From Nitrospinaceae bacterium (lineage in GTDB: Bacteria; Nitrospinota; Nitrospinia; Nitrospinales; Nitrospinaceae), in assembly GCA_965237905.1 (NCBI GenBank), contig OZ250172.1, forward strand, positions 3,022,608 to 3,086,607: a DNA stretch of 64,000 nt, given 5' to 3'. Below are positions 19,004 to 29,042 of the stretch, piece after piece; position 1 is the stretch's first letter; every line of letters begins with the position of its first letter. The notes beneath the pieces were generated by a model that saw only the letters and a program-made list of their open reading frames with translations, ran no database searches and was not told the DNA's origin. The position numbers were made by a program, and so were the translations under genes.

Positions 19004-20140
19004 GCGGCGGGTGATTTCCTGGTCGAACATTTTTCCTCTCAGCGCCAACTCTACCGGAACGGCGCCCTTGGGAAGTTTATCCTGAGCCGCAATGATGGCG
19101 ATGATGGATGCGTGCCAGCCGGTGATTTGTTCCATGGCGGTGAACCCGGTTTTTATATCGTAGGTCTCCAAAAAGTCGAGCGTGCAGGATGCGTGTGATC
19201 CGTTGAGTCGGCCGGTGGCCTGGGTACGGATGATGCAGACATCATAGACCGGTGGTTCTGGTGTGATTTTTGGGGCCAGCATGGCATTGAGCATTTCTCG
19301 CGGTATAAAAGACGTCCCATTAATCTTTGTTTCCTCCAGATCAAACAGCCCCAGACTCTGGAAAGCTTTGAACTGATCCCAGTGGCCCGGGTAGCGCAGG
19401 GTTTTGTTTTCCAATCGGCGGAGTTTACCCTGGAAAGTCCACGGCGCGGTGGAAAGGCCGCCGGAAGTCACTGCCGCTTCCATCAGGCCCAACGGCTGGG
19501 GGAAATCGAGCGATTCCAATTCCGTCAGGCAGGGAACCTGGACTGGTTGTCCGCCCCGGATAAACCAGGCGTCATCACAATATTCGTTGATGAGCCCGTT
19601 GACGTTAAAAGTGAGATGGTAGTTCCAGGGAGGTTTTGGGCTTTGCGGCAGACCGCCGTCCCAGATATACACATCTTCCGGCTCATCCAGATAATCCATG
19701 GCACGGATACCCATGTTGATGTTGAGACCGGGTCCCATGCCGCAATCCGGGGTGATGGTGATGCCAGCCGCCTTCGCCTTATCCCCCAAAGCCAGTTGTT
19801 GGCGAACGGTTTCGGTGTGTCCGCCTAAATCGCAAATATTGGAATGCGCTTCGATAGCCGCTTCGGTAATCTTTAGATTGAACTTATAGGGGACGGCGCT
19901 GATTGTGGAATGAACGCCCCTGAGAGCGGTAACGAGAGCGGAGCGGTTGCTTACATCCAGGGCTTGGCCTTTGACGATTTGAGTCTGGAGGAGTTTGTTG
20001 ACCTTCTCCGCACCTCGCATCGCAGCTTCGGCGTCGAGATCGAACAAACGGATCTCATTTGCGTCCCCAAGGCGTGCCAGATCGTATGCGGCGGCGACGC
20101 CCTGTCTTCCTGCACCTAAAACAGCATATTTTAAGCTCAT
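18956..20140 (-). CDS. Saccharopine dehydrogenase family oxidoreductase (lysine 6-dehydrogenase-like)
   Basis: VLGAGRQG Rossmann motif, DLGG, PDCGMGPG, GGLP, KTLRYPGH, TAM-x3-TG. Confidence 0.9.
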   Translation of the reverse strand: MSLKYAVLGAGRQGVAAAYDLARLGDANEIRLFDLDAEAAMRGAEKVNKLLQTQIVKGQALDVSNRSALVTALRGVHSTISAVPYKFNLKITEAAIEAHSNICDLGGHTETVRQQLALGDKAKAAGITITPDCGMGPGLNINMGIRAMDYLDEPEDVYIWDGGLPQSPKPPWNYHLTFNVNGLINEYCDDAWFIRGGQPVQVPCLTELESLDFPQPLGLMEAAVTSGGLSTAPWTFQGKLRRLENKTLRYPGHWDQFKAFQSLGLFDLEETKINGTSFIPREMLNAMLAPKITPEPPVYDVCIIRTQATGRLNGSHASCTLDFLETYDIKTGFTAMEQITGWHASIIAIIAAQDKLPKGAVPVELALRGKMFDQEITRRGWELKREIFSSPVVL

Positions 20141-20287
20141 AGTTAATCAGGTTAAAGTATTGCAGGGGGGGAGTAAAGGACTTCCCGGCAAGGCAATTAT
20201 TTAGTTGCTAAAAATCAAAGCATTTACTAATGTTTTTTATCAGGAGTACAATGTAAATGTTATGGATAACAAGATAAGTTCAATTGC

Positions 20288-21013
20288 ATGAATTTTCCAT
20301 ACAAAGCGGTGTTGTTTGACTGGGCCTATACTCTGGTCGACCTGGTTAATGAAGAAGACCGGACGGCCTTGAGGCGGGTGTACGATCATTTGAAGGAGAC
20401 AGGATTCGCGCTTCCCGGTTTTCAACAATGGTATGATACATACCATCGCCTGTTCTTCGGAATGATCGAGGTTTCCCGACCCACCCACCGGGAAGCCCGA
20501 TTTGATCATGTGCTCAACTTTCTCTTGATCCAAAACAATATTCATCTGAATGGGAAAGTCCTCTTCGAGGATTTGCTGAAAATTTATTACGATGAAATTT
20601 ATTCCCACCGAAAAGTTTATCCGGAAATGATTGAGACTCTCGTCGCGTTACAGAAAGCCGGGGTACGCATGGGAATTGTCTCCAATACCACCAACCCCGG
20701 CTTCATGAAAGATTATGAGCAGTCGCTGCTGAAGCTGGATCCTTATTTTGAGTTTTCCATTTATTCCTCCGAAGTGCCTTACCGCAAACCGCATCCTTCT
20801 ATTTTTCAACTGGCCCTGGCACGATTGAATTTGGATCCGTCGGAAGTTTTATTTGTCGGAGATAATTTGAGTGCGGATATTGTCGGCGCTCAAAGTGTGG
20901 GCATGCCCACCGTCTGGTTGAATCGGAACGGGAAGGTTTTGCCCCCGGATGTGATTCTCGATTACGAAATTAAAACCGCGACAGAACTTTTAACACTTCC
21001 TACCAAATCCTGA
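20288..21013 (+). CDS. HAD family hydrolase
   Basis: FDWAYTL, IVSN, RKPHPSIF, FVGDNLSADIVGA. Confidence 0.9.
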   Translation: MNFPYKAVLFDWAYTLVDLVNEEDRTALRRVYDHLKETGFALPGFQQWYDTYHRLFFGMIEVSRPTHREARFDHVLNFLLIQNNIHLNGKVLFEDLLKIYYDEIYSHRKVYPEMIETLVALQKAGVRMGIVSNTTNPGFMKDYEQSLLKLDPYFEFSIYSSEVPYRKPHPSIFQLALARLNLDPSEVLFVGDNLSADIVGAQSVGMPTVWLNRNGKVLPPDVILDYEIKTATELLTLPTKS

Positions 21014-21019
21014 CCCGCC

Positions 21020-21757
21020 ATGCACCGCTTCTTTGTCCCTCCAGAAGGATTTTCTAAGAAGACAGTGACTATTAAGGGATCCGACGTGAATCACATTCGC
21101 ACGGTTCTCAGAATGAAACCGGGTGACCGGATTGAAGTCATGGACCACCAGGGATTTCAATACGAGATTGTTTTAGCGGAAGTGGAACGGGATCATGTCC
21201 GAGGCGAAATTCTATCCAAGATTGCCATGCAGACCGAATCCCCCGTCAACATTCGGATGGGACAAGCCCTGATCAAAGGCAATGCATTTGACCTCCTGGT
21301 GAGAAAAGCGACTGAATTGGGGGTTCACTCCATCGTTGCGCTCAGGACCCAGCGTTGCGTGGCCCGTCTGACGAAAGAGTCCGGGCCGTACCGGACTCAA
21401 CGCTGGCAACGCATCGCCGAAGAGGCTTCCAAGCAATGCGGACGGTCGCCGGTGCCCGAAGTCCATTCTACGGTGTTGTCGGTTGAGGAATTTTGTGAGC
21501 AATCGTCCGACTGCGACTTGAAACTGGTTTTCTGGGAAGGCGAACAAAAAAACCACTTGCAGGATATTACTGCGCCGGACTCCGTTGCTTCCATCGCTTT
21601 TCTGGCCGGACCGGAAGGAGGCTGGACGGCAGAGGAGATCAGTTTTCTCATTCAACAGGGGTTTCAAACGGTGACACTGGGTCCCCGGCTTTTGAAAGCC
21701 GATTCCGCATCCCTGGTCATCCTGTCCCTGCTCCAGCACCGCTGGGGCGATTTGTAG
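21020..21757 (+). CDS. rsmE: 16S rRNA m3U1498 methyltransferase
   Basis: MHRFF, HIRTVLRM, KATELGV, EASKQCGR, GPEGG, LGPRLLKAD. Confidence 0.95.
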   Translation: MHRFFVPPEGFSKKTVTIKGSDVNHIRTVLRMKPGDRIEVMDHQGFQYEIVLAEVERDHVRGEILSKIAMQTESPVNIRMGQALIKGNAFDLLVRKATELGVHSIVALRTQRCVARLTKESGPYRTQRWQRIAEEASKQCGRSPVPEVHSTVLSVEEFCEQSSDCDLKLVFWEGEQKNHLQDITAPDSVASIAFLAGPEGGWTAEEISFLIQQGFQTVTLGPRLLKADSASLVILSLLQHRWGDL

Positions 21758-21759
21758 TT

Positions 21760-22128
21760 TTATTTGTATATTGGAGGTAGGCTATAAAAAATAAAAATTG
21801 AGAGAAACATGAGTATAGTAATTAAGAGTCGGATAAGTTTTGATGACGTTGAATATTTTTCAATTCCCCTGGTTTTTTTCTCAACCATAATCGATAGAAA
21901 TGAAAAGACCAAAACGATAATCAACATTCCTGCAATGCGATACCATTCTAGCAATGCCACCAGCTCTTGAGCCACTAATACGCCTACACCAAGAAATAAA
22001 GCCAAGCCCAGATAGCTTATTGCCTTCCCAACAGATTTTAATTTTTTGTTTCTTTTTTCTGAGTTCTTCTTAAGCTCTTCAAAAGTATCTTTGCTGGGAT
22101 TTTCCATAATTTTCCCCTTTTTGATCAT
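21760..22128 (-). CDS. Hypothetical AT-rich membrane protein (3 TM)
   Basis: Three hydrophobic segments; markedly AT-rich; convergent with rsmE. Confidence 0.65.
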   Translation of the reverse strand: MIKKGKIMENPSKDTFEELKKNSEKRNKKLKSVGKAISYLGLALFLGVGVLVAQELVALLEWYRIAGMLIIVLVFSFLSIMVEKKTRGIEKYSTSSKLIRLLITILMFLSIFIFYSLPPIYK

Positions 22129-22297
22129 ATTGTCCGGCCTTCGTCTGTCATAGGACTTGTTTTTATTATAGCGTGCGAGAGGTCACTTTGGGCGAGGAAG
22201 TTTCCGGTAAAGAATTCGTTCCGGGCCTTGCCCGGTTGGAGGATTGATGGTACATTGCTCCCAGTACCGTTTTTAGTACCCCGTCCGGAACCCACCT

Positions 22298-23086
22298 ATG
22301 ACCTATCAACTCAAACTCGACATTTTTGAAGGACCGCTGGATTTGCTTCTGCATCTGATCAAGGAGCAGAAGATGGAGATTCACGACATCTCTGTGTCGG
22401 AAATTTCCCGGCAGTATTTAAAGTATATGGAATTGATGACTGACTTGAACCTGGAAGTCGCCGGCGAATACCTGGTGATGGCCGCCGAACTCACCCGGCT
22501 CAAGTCGAAAATGCTCCTGCCTTCTCACGGTGACAACGAAGACGACGAAGAGGGCACCGACCCCAGGGCGGAGTTGGCCCGAAGGCTTATGGAATACCAG
22601 CGATACAAAGGCGCCGCCGGGGACCTCCGTCAACTGGAGTATGACCGGCAACAACTGTTCTCCCGGGGAAGCGAAATTCAAATTGAGGAGGGGGAAGAGG
22701 AGATCGTCGTCGACGCGACGGTGTTCGATTTGTTCAGTGCCTTTAAAGAGGTCCTGAGCCGAAGGACGTTTAAAGAAGATATCGAAATCAAAATCACCAC
22801 GCTTTCTGTTTCGGAGCGCGTCAACCGTGTGTTGGATACCCTGAACGAGCATGAAAGCGTCACGTTTGAATCACTGTTTGCCGAGAACGAGTCCAAGCTG
22901 GAAGTCATTGTGACTTTTCTAGCCCTCCTGGAGTTGATGCGCATGGCGCTCATCCGTGTGCAACAGGGGAATCAATTCGAGACCATCCGTGTCTACCGCA
23001 CCGCCGACCGGGAGACGCAGGAAGAAGCTCTCAAAGATTACATCGAATCGGAAGTAGATCCCGAACTGAATACCGAAGCCCTTTGA
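22298..23086 (+). CDS. scpA: Segregation and condensation protein A
   Basis: FEGPLDLLLHLI, EYLVMAA, KSKMLLP, DPRAEL, TFLALLEL. Confidence 0.95.
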   Translation: MTYQLKLDIFEGPLDLLLHLIKEQKMEIHDISVSEISRQYLKYMELMTDLNLEVAGEYLVMAAELTRLKSKMLLPSHGDNEDDEEGTDPRAELARRLMEYQRYKGAAGDLRQLEYDRQQLFSRGSEIQIEEGEEEIVVDATVFDLFSAFKEVLSRRTFKEDIEIKITTLSVSERVNRVLDTLNEHESVTFESLFAENESKLEVIVTFLALLELMRMALIRVQQGNQFETIRVYRTADRETQEEALKDYIESEVDPELNTEAL

Positions 23087-23119
23087 GCGGCCCCTCCAGG
23101 AGCCTATATTCCAGCTGTT

Positions 23120-23149
23120 ACCCCAGGAGAGTGTTTTCTGGGGTTTTTT
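23120..23149 (+). terminator. Intrinsic terminator after scpA
   Basis: ACCCCAGGAGA-GTG-TTTTCTGGGGT stem followed by a T-run. Confidence 0.65.
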
Positions 23150-23224
23150 ATTGCCCATTGCCCCGGCTGGAGGGATATAATACAGTTCTATAAGCATTTA
23201 CCTATTAATTGAGACTTTGAAGCG

Positions 23225-23953
23225 ATGTTTGCGCAACTGAAAGAAGATATTCAAGAAGCCATGAAGAAGGATCCGGCCGCCCGGCATTTCTGGGAGGTAT
23301 TGATCTGTTATCCCGGCGTGCACGCCTTGATTGCCTACCGGTTCAATCATTGGCTCTGGAATCACAATATCAAGCTGATCGCCCGCCTGTTTTCCTATCT
23401 GGTGCGATGGCTGACCGGTATTGAAATTCATCCTGCCGCGAAAATCGGCCGAAGGTTTTTCATCGACCACGGCATGGGCGTGGTGATTGGGGAGACATCG
23501 GAAATCGGCGACAACGTTTTCATGTATCATGGCGCCACCCTGGGTGGACTCAGCATGAAAAAAGGCAAACGGCACCCCACCATCGGCGACAACGTCGTTA
23601 TTGGTGCGGGTGCGCAGGTACTGGGCCCGGTGACGGTGGGCAACAACAGTAAAATCGGTTCCGGGTCGGTAGTGGTGCAATCAGTTCCCGAGTATTCCAC
23701 GGTCATCGGGGTTCCGGGACGCGTGGTGTTTTCCGGAATTTCGGCGGACTTTGAAGATTTGGAAGAGACGTTCTCTGATCCCATGGCGCAGGCCATCGAA
23801 GTTGTGCTGGACCGCCTCCCTCAAATGGAAAAAGATATTCGCTCACTCAAGGATGCGATGGAATTGGAATCTACGGAAGAGGAAATGCCCCCACCCCCCG
23901 AACCGGTTCCTCTCAAAAAGACCGGTATGAAAAAAGCCTCCAACGACAGTTGA
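23225..23953 (+). CDS. cysE: Serine O-acetyltransferase
   Basis: [40 protein letters not shown]. Confidence 0.97.
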   Translation: MFAQLKEDIQEAMKKDPAARHFWEVLICYPGVHALIAYRFNHWLWNHNIKLIARLFSYLVRWLTGIEIHPAAKIGRRFFIDHGMGVVIGETSEIGDNVFMYHGATLGGLSMKKGKRHPTIGDNVVIGAGAQVLGPVTVGNNSKIGSGSVVVQSVPEYSTVIGVPGRVVFSGISADFEDLEETFSDPMAQAIEVVLDRLPQMEKDIRSLKDAMELESTEEEMPPPPEPVPLKKTGMKKASNDS

Positions 23954-24001
23954 TCTTCATTTCTTTCCGGTTTTTAAATAACCTGTTTTTCGAAAAGAAA
24001 T

Positions 24002-25177
24002 ATGCGGCCAATATATTTGGATCACAATGCTACCACTCCCGTGGATGAGGAAGTTTTGGAAGCCATGCTTCCCAATTATCGGGACGCTTTCGGTAATCCC
24101 TCCAGCGCTCATACTCAGGGCCGGGCGGCTCGCGTTCGTTTGGACCTGGCCAGAGAGCAGGTGGCCGCGTTGATCGGCGCGCATCCCGCAGAAATCACCT
24201 TCACCAGCGGAGGCACGGAATCGGATAATCTGGCCATCACCGGAACGGCACGTGCTTTCAAAGATAAGGGAAACCACATTATCACCAGCCGGGTGGAGCA
24301 TCCGGCAGTTTTGAACACCTGCGAAGAATTGCGGAAAGAGGGCTTTACCATCGGTTACGTTCCAGTCGACTCCTATGGGCGAATCGATTGCGCCGCTTTG
24401 GCGGACATGATTACAGACGACACCATTTTGATCACCCTTCAGCATGGCAACAGTGAAGTGGGAACTCTACAACCCATTGAGGAAATCGGAGAACTGGCCC
24501 GCGCCCGGGGAGTGTTGTTTCACACCGATGCCGTTCAGACGGTGAGCAAAATTGCAGTGGATACTCAAAATCTGCCTGTGGACCTGCTTTCCCTTTCTGC
24601 CCACAAGATGTATGGCCCCAAGGGAGTGGGAGCCCTTTACATCCGCCGGGGAACACCGCCTTTGGCTCCCCTGATCTCTGGCGGCGGTCAGGAAAAAAAG
24701 AGAAGGGGAGGGACGGAGAATGTTCCGGGGATCGTGGGTTTGGGAAAAGCGGCCAAAATCGCCCAGTTCCGGCTGGAGTCAGATCGATCCCATGTTTCCG
24801 AACTCCGTAACGGCCTACGCCAGCAAATTGAATCACGTATCCCTAATGTTCGATTTTACGGTCATCCGGAATTTAATTTGCCCAATACCCTTTATTTAGG
24901 GTTTGACGGTGTGGAAGGCCAGACTTTAATGATTCACCTGGATCTAGCGGGCATTTTTGTTTCCACCGGGACCGCCTGCAGTTCGGGGTCGATTCTGCCC
25001 TCGGAGGTATTGGGAGCGATGGCTGTCCCGGAAAATGAAATGTTTCAAACCATTAGAATCAGCCTGGGCCGGGAAAACCGTCCAGAGGAAATGGAACGGG
25101 TGGCGGATGTTCTGGAGAAAGCCGTTTTAGAAATTCGTTCAAAAACCGGGTTTTCTGCAGGAGTTGCCCCCAAGTGA
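24002..25177 (+). CDS. Cysteine desulfurase (IscS/NifS type)
   Basis: YLDHNATT, GNPSS, FTSGGTESDN, HTDAVQ, SAHKMYGPKG, STGTACSS. Confidence 0.93.
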   Translation: MRPIYLDHNATTPVDEEVLEAMLPNYRDAFGNPSSAHTQGRAARVRLDLAREQVAALIGAHPAEITFTSGGTESDNLAITGTARAFKDKGNHIITSRVEHPAVLNTCEELRKEGFTIGYVPVDSYGRIDCAALADMITDDTILITLQHGNSEVGTLQPIEEIGELARARGVLFHTDAVQTVSKIAVDTQNLPVDLLSLSAHKMYGPKGVGALYIRRGTPPLAPLISGGGQEKKRRGGTENVPGIVGLGKAAKIAQFRLESDRSHVSELRNGLRQQIESRIPNVRFYGHPEFNLPNTLYLGFDGVEGQTLMIHLDLAGIFVSTGTACSSGSILPSEVLGAMAVPENEMFQTIRISLGRENRPEEMERVADVLEKAVLEIRSKTGFSAGVAPK

Positions 25178-25296
25178 TTGTATAACTCTGCATAAATTGT
25201 TACAATTTCCAAGAATTTGCCGATAAGGTAAATAAAATTCATTGTTTCGGATGGGGTCCAAAAGAGAAGACCGTTTTCCATTTACTGGGGGAAGTC

Positions 25297-26433
25297 ATGT
25301 CATTCGTTAAGAATAGTTTCAAATTTGTCTCGGTGTCCATTTTCATTGCTTCGCTAGCCCTAACGGGGTGCAGTTCCTTGCCCTGGAGTGATGATGAAGA
25401 CGATGAGGATTTGTTTTTTGAAGAGGATTTCGGAAGCGAATTTGAATCCGAGTTAAAAGATGCGCCTCCCACCAAGAAAGAGGCCAGTAGAGAAAAAGAA
25501 GATGATTTCTTCAATGATGATAAAAAGCTGGCTCAATCCAAGCCGGTAGCGGAACCTAAACCCCGAGCCGTACCCGTTGCCCCGGACGCAGAAGATTTCT
25601 TTTTTGAGGATGAGCCGAAGGCTGAGCCCACTCCCAGACCTGCACCAAAACCCGCACCCAAACCGATGTCACAGCCGGCGGAAAAAATTGAACAGGGAAG
25701 CGGTGTGATCAGTGCTGGAGGGGGTTTCGTCAGTGTGGATCAAAAAACCGATATGGAAGAATCCAAGGTGGATGTCGCCGCTCTGCACAGTCAGCAGGAA
25801 GAATTGATGTTCAGAGTGCAGGAGCTTCAGAAAATCGTGAACAATTTGGAACCACGGCTGACCGCAACGCAAGAGCGGGTCGATGCCTCGCTGTCCGCAG
25901 GGTCAGGATCTCACACAGTTAATGCGGAAATCCAATCCCTGAAATCGGAAGTGGTCAGGCTGAGAAATGAAATAGCGACTCTTAAAAAGACGCCGGTTCC
26001 TTCCAAACAGGCGAAGTTGATTCGAAAAGTCCGGCCGATGAAACGGTACCCAAAAATTTCCAAGGCACCGAAAAAGTATAATGAGGCATTGGCCGCGTAT
26101 AAGGCCGGCAAATATGACAAATCAATTTTATTATTCCAGGAAATGAGTCTGAACAATCCTCCTCAAAACCTCAGAGATAATATTGTTTTCTGGATGGGCA
26201 GTAATTATTTGAAGCTGGATATGTATGATGATGCCATCAAACAATACCAAACTGTGCTGACTCAGTATCCTGACGGCAACAAAGTCCACGATGCGCGTTA
26301 CATGCTGGGGGTTAGCTATCAGAAAAAAGGTGATACCGGAAGAGCATTGGATGCTCTGGAAGTGGCACTGAAAAGCAATCCTCCCTCCGAGGTCCGTCAG
26401 AAGATTGAAAAGCAGTTGATGGAAATCAAGTAG
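25297..26433 (+). CDS. Lipoprotein with coiled coil and C-terminal TPRs (CpoB/YbgF-like)
   Basis: Lipobox LTGC; acidic/Pro-rich region; YNEAL...FWMGSNY...YPDGNKVHDARYMLG. Confidence 0.75.
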   Translation: MSFVKNSFKFVSVSIFIASLALTGCSSLPWSDDEDDEDLFFEEDFGSEFESELKDAPPTKKEASREKEDDFFNDDKKLAQSKPVAEPKPRAVPVAPDAEDFFFEDEPKAEPTPRPAPKPAPKPMSQPAEKIEQGSGVISAGGGFVSVDQKTDMEESKVDVAALHSQQEELMFRVQELQKIVNNLEPRLTATQERVDASLSAGSGSHTVNAEIQSLKSEVVRLRNEIATLKKTPVPSKQAKLIRKVRPMKRYPKISKAPKKYNEALAAYKAGKYDKSILLFQEMSLNNPPQNLRDNIVFWMGSNYLKLDMYDDAIKQYQTVLTQYPDGNKVHDARYMLGVSYQKKGDTGRALDALEVALKSNPPSEVRQKIEKQLMEIK

Positions 26434-26492
26434 CTTCGGTTTCCGATTCCTTTACTTTCCAACCCCAGGCTTGAAAGCCAACAGGTCTCTCC

Positions 26493-27656
26493 ATGAAAGT
26501 GGCGCTGGTTCACGATTGGTTGACCGGTATGCGGGGAGGCGAACGGTGTCTCGAGGTGTTCTGCGAATTGTTCCCGGATGCCGACCTTTTTACCCTTGTG
26601 CATATTCCCGGCAACGTCTCCCCCCGAATTGAGTCCATGCGGATTCACACCTCTTTTTTGCAAAACCTTCCGGGTATTGAAAAGTATTATCGTTATTATC
26701 TGCCATTGATGCCCTGGGCTATCGGTACTTTTAATCTCAATGGTTATGATTTGATTTTGAGCAGTAGTCACTGTGTTGCCAAGGGAGTTCGCGTCACCGG
26801 CGGGGGCACGCATATTTGTTATTGTTTTACGCCGATGCGATATATTTGGGACCAGTTTGATATTTATTTTTCTGGAAGGGGCCGGTGGATTCAATCCTTC
26901 TTCATGCGACTTCTGCGTCCGTTCCTGAAAAATTGGGACGTCCGATCCAACCGCGGAGTACATCAGTTGATTGCTATCTCCCGGCATATTCAAAAAAAGA
27001 TTGAGAAGTACTATCAAAGAGAGTCTACAGTTATTGCGCCTCCGGTGAATACCCGTTTTTTTTCACCCAACAACGAGCCGCGGGAGGATTTTTTTCTCAT
27101 CGTGGGTGCGCTATCCCCCTATAAACGTGTCGATTTAGCAGTTGAAGCCTTTAATGAATTAGGATATCCTCTCAAGATTATTGGGGCGGGTCCGGAAATG
27201 CCCTATCTCCGCACGATTGCCGCCTCTAATATTCAGTTCTTAGGAAGGATTACTGACCAGCAGGTCCGGTCCCATTATGCTCGTTGCCGTGCGTTGGTAT
27301 TTCCCGGGGAAGAGGACTTCGGGATTGTCCCTCTGGAGGCTCAAGCCATGGGTTGTCCGGTCATTGCCCTCGGCAAAGGCGGGGCGCTGGAAACGGTGAT
27401 CCCTGAATCCGGTTCATGGAAACCACAGACCGGTATCCCTGAAGAAAAGACCCAGAAGCCCACAGGATTATTTTTTTATCAAACGGAAAAGGAAAACCTT
27501 TGTCAGGCGATTGAACATTTTCATAGCGTTGAAACCGGATTCGATGCCAATGCAATCCGGGAACATGCCCTGAAATTTGATCTGGATCAGTTCCAATACC
27601 GAATTCGAATATTTATTCAAGAGTATTTAAAGAAATCCCATGCTGAAAAAATATAG
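26493..27656 (+). CDS. Glycosyltransferase family 4
   Basis: MKVALVHDWLTGMRGGE, EEDFGIVPLEAQAMGCPVIA. Confidence 0.93.
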   Translation: MKVALVHDWLTGMRGGERCLEVFCELFPDADLFTLVHIPGNVSPRIESMRIHTSFLQNLPGIEKYYRYYLPLMPWAIGTFNLNGYDLILSSSHCVAKGVRVTGGGTHICYCFTPMRYIWDQFDIYFSGRGRWIQSFFMRLLRPFLKNWDVRSNRGVHQLIAISRHIQKKIEKYYQRESTVIAPPVNTRFFSPNNEPREDFFLIVGALSPYKRVDLAVEAFNELGYPLKIIGAGPEMPYLRTIAASNIQFLGRITDQQVRSHYARCRALVFPGEEDFGIVPLEAQAMGCPVIALGKGGALETVIPESGSWKPQTGIPEEKTQKPTGLFFYQTEKENLCQAIEHFHSVETGFDANAIREHALKFDLDQFQYRIRIFIQEYLKKSHAEKI

Positions 27657-29042
27657 TCAGCTATTTCTATCCGCCCTCGTCATTTCCGACAGTCTGGTTA
27701 TTCTGTCTTCCTGGATCGGTGCCTATTATTTGCGGTTTCACTCCGGTTGGATCTCCTTGCCCAATGAAATTCCCCTCATTGAACAGTATCAGGTTTTATT
27801 GTTACCCGTTTTGATCCTATTTTTATTCAATTTTAAAGTGGTGGGGTTGTATCAACCTTTGCGGGGCAAATCCCTGTGGGTGGATTGTTACAATATCATT
27901 AAGGCCAACACCATTTCGGTATTGATTCTCTCCGCATTGCTTTTCTTTTATCGGGAGGAAAGCTATTCCCGCATAGTGGTGGGGATATTCTGGTTGATCG
28001 CCACTTTTTTGCTGGTGGCTTCCCATATGTTGATTCGAAATATTTTAGTGGTCCTTCGGCGAAGAGGAGAGAACCTCCGTTTTGTTCTGATTGCAGGCGC
28101 CGGAGAGTTGGGACGGGAAGTGGCGAAGCGAATCGACCTTCATCCGGAAATGGGATTTAAGATAGTCGGGTTTTTGACCCTCCAGGAAAAAAAGTGGGAA
28201 CGCTGATAGACGGGTATCCCGTATTGGGACTGCTGGACGATGTTTCAGAGTGCATCAAGGAGCATGGGGTGGATAAATTGTTTATTACCCTGCCTATGAA
28301 ATCCCAGGACCATATGGAGAGGGTGTTGTTCAACCTTGGCGAAGAATCGGTGGATATCAAAGTGGTTCCGGATTTATTGCAATATATGAGCCTGAGCGGA
28401 GGTGTGGATAATTTCGACGGCCTGCCCATTGTCAATTTAACTGAATCCCCGCTTTACGGTTGGAACCGGGTTTTCAAACGCGCCACTGATATTGTGATTT
28501 CCTTCTTGGCTATCGTTATTGCCAGCCCGGTGCTGATTTTAATTGCTCTATTAATCAAGTTGGGATCCCGCGGGCCGGTATTTTTTGTCCAGGAACGTCT
28601 CGGTTTGGACCGAAAAGTTTTCAAGATGTACAAATTTCGTTCCATGAGAATGAGGGCGGAGTCCCATTCCGGTCCGGTATGGACGAAAGAAAATGATGAT
28701 CGCCGAACCCGACTGGGAGTTCTGCTTCGTAAAACAAGTCTGGATGAATTGCCGCAGTTTTTTAACGTTTTGACCGGGGACATGAGTCTGGTGGGTCCCA
28801 GGCCGGAGCGGCCGGTTTTTGTCGAGGATTTTAAAAAGTCGGTTCCTCATTACATGTTGCGGTTGAAAATGAAGGCGGGCATTACCGGGTGGGCACAGGT
28901 CAATGGTTGGCGGGGAAACACCAGCCTGGAAAAACGGATCGAACACGATCTATATTATATTAAACACTGGTCCTTGCTTTTTGACATCAAAATCTTAATC
29001 AAGACCCTCTGGAATGGATTGATCAACCGGCATGCCTACTGA
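27640..29042 (+). pseudogene. wcaJ: Undecaprenyl-phosphate glucose phosphotransferase (WcaJ-like), split by a -1 frameshift at A7 (28187-28193)
   Basis: ORF 27640-28206 gives the TM domain and LIAGAG; ORF 28194-29042 gives KRATD, FKMYKFRSM, LRKTSLDELPQ, MSLVGPRPER, GITGWAQVNG; one extra A joins them. Confidence 0.85.
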
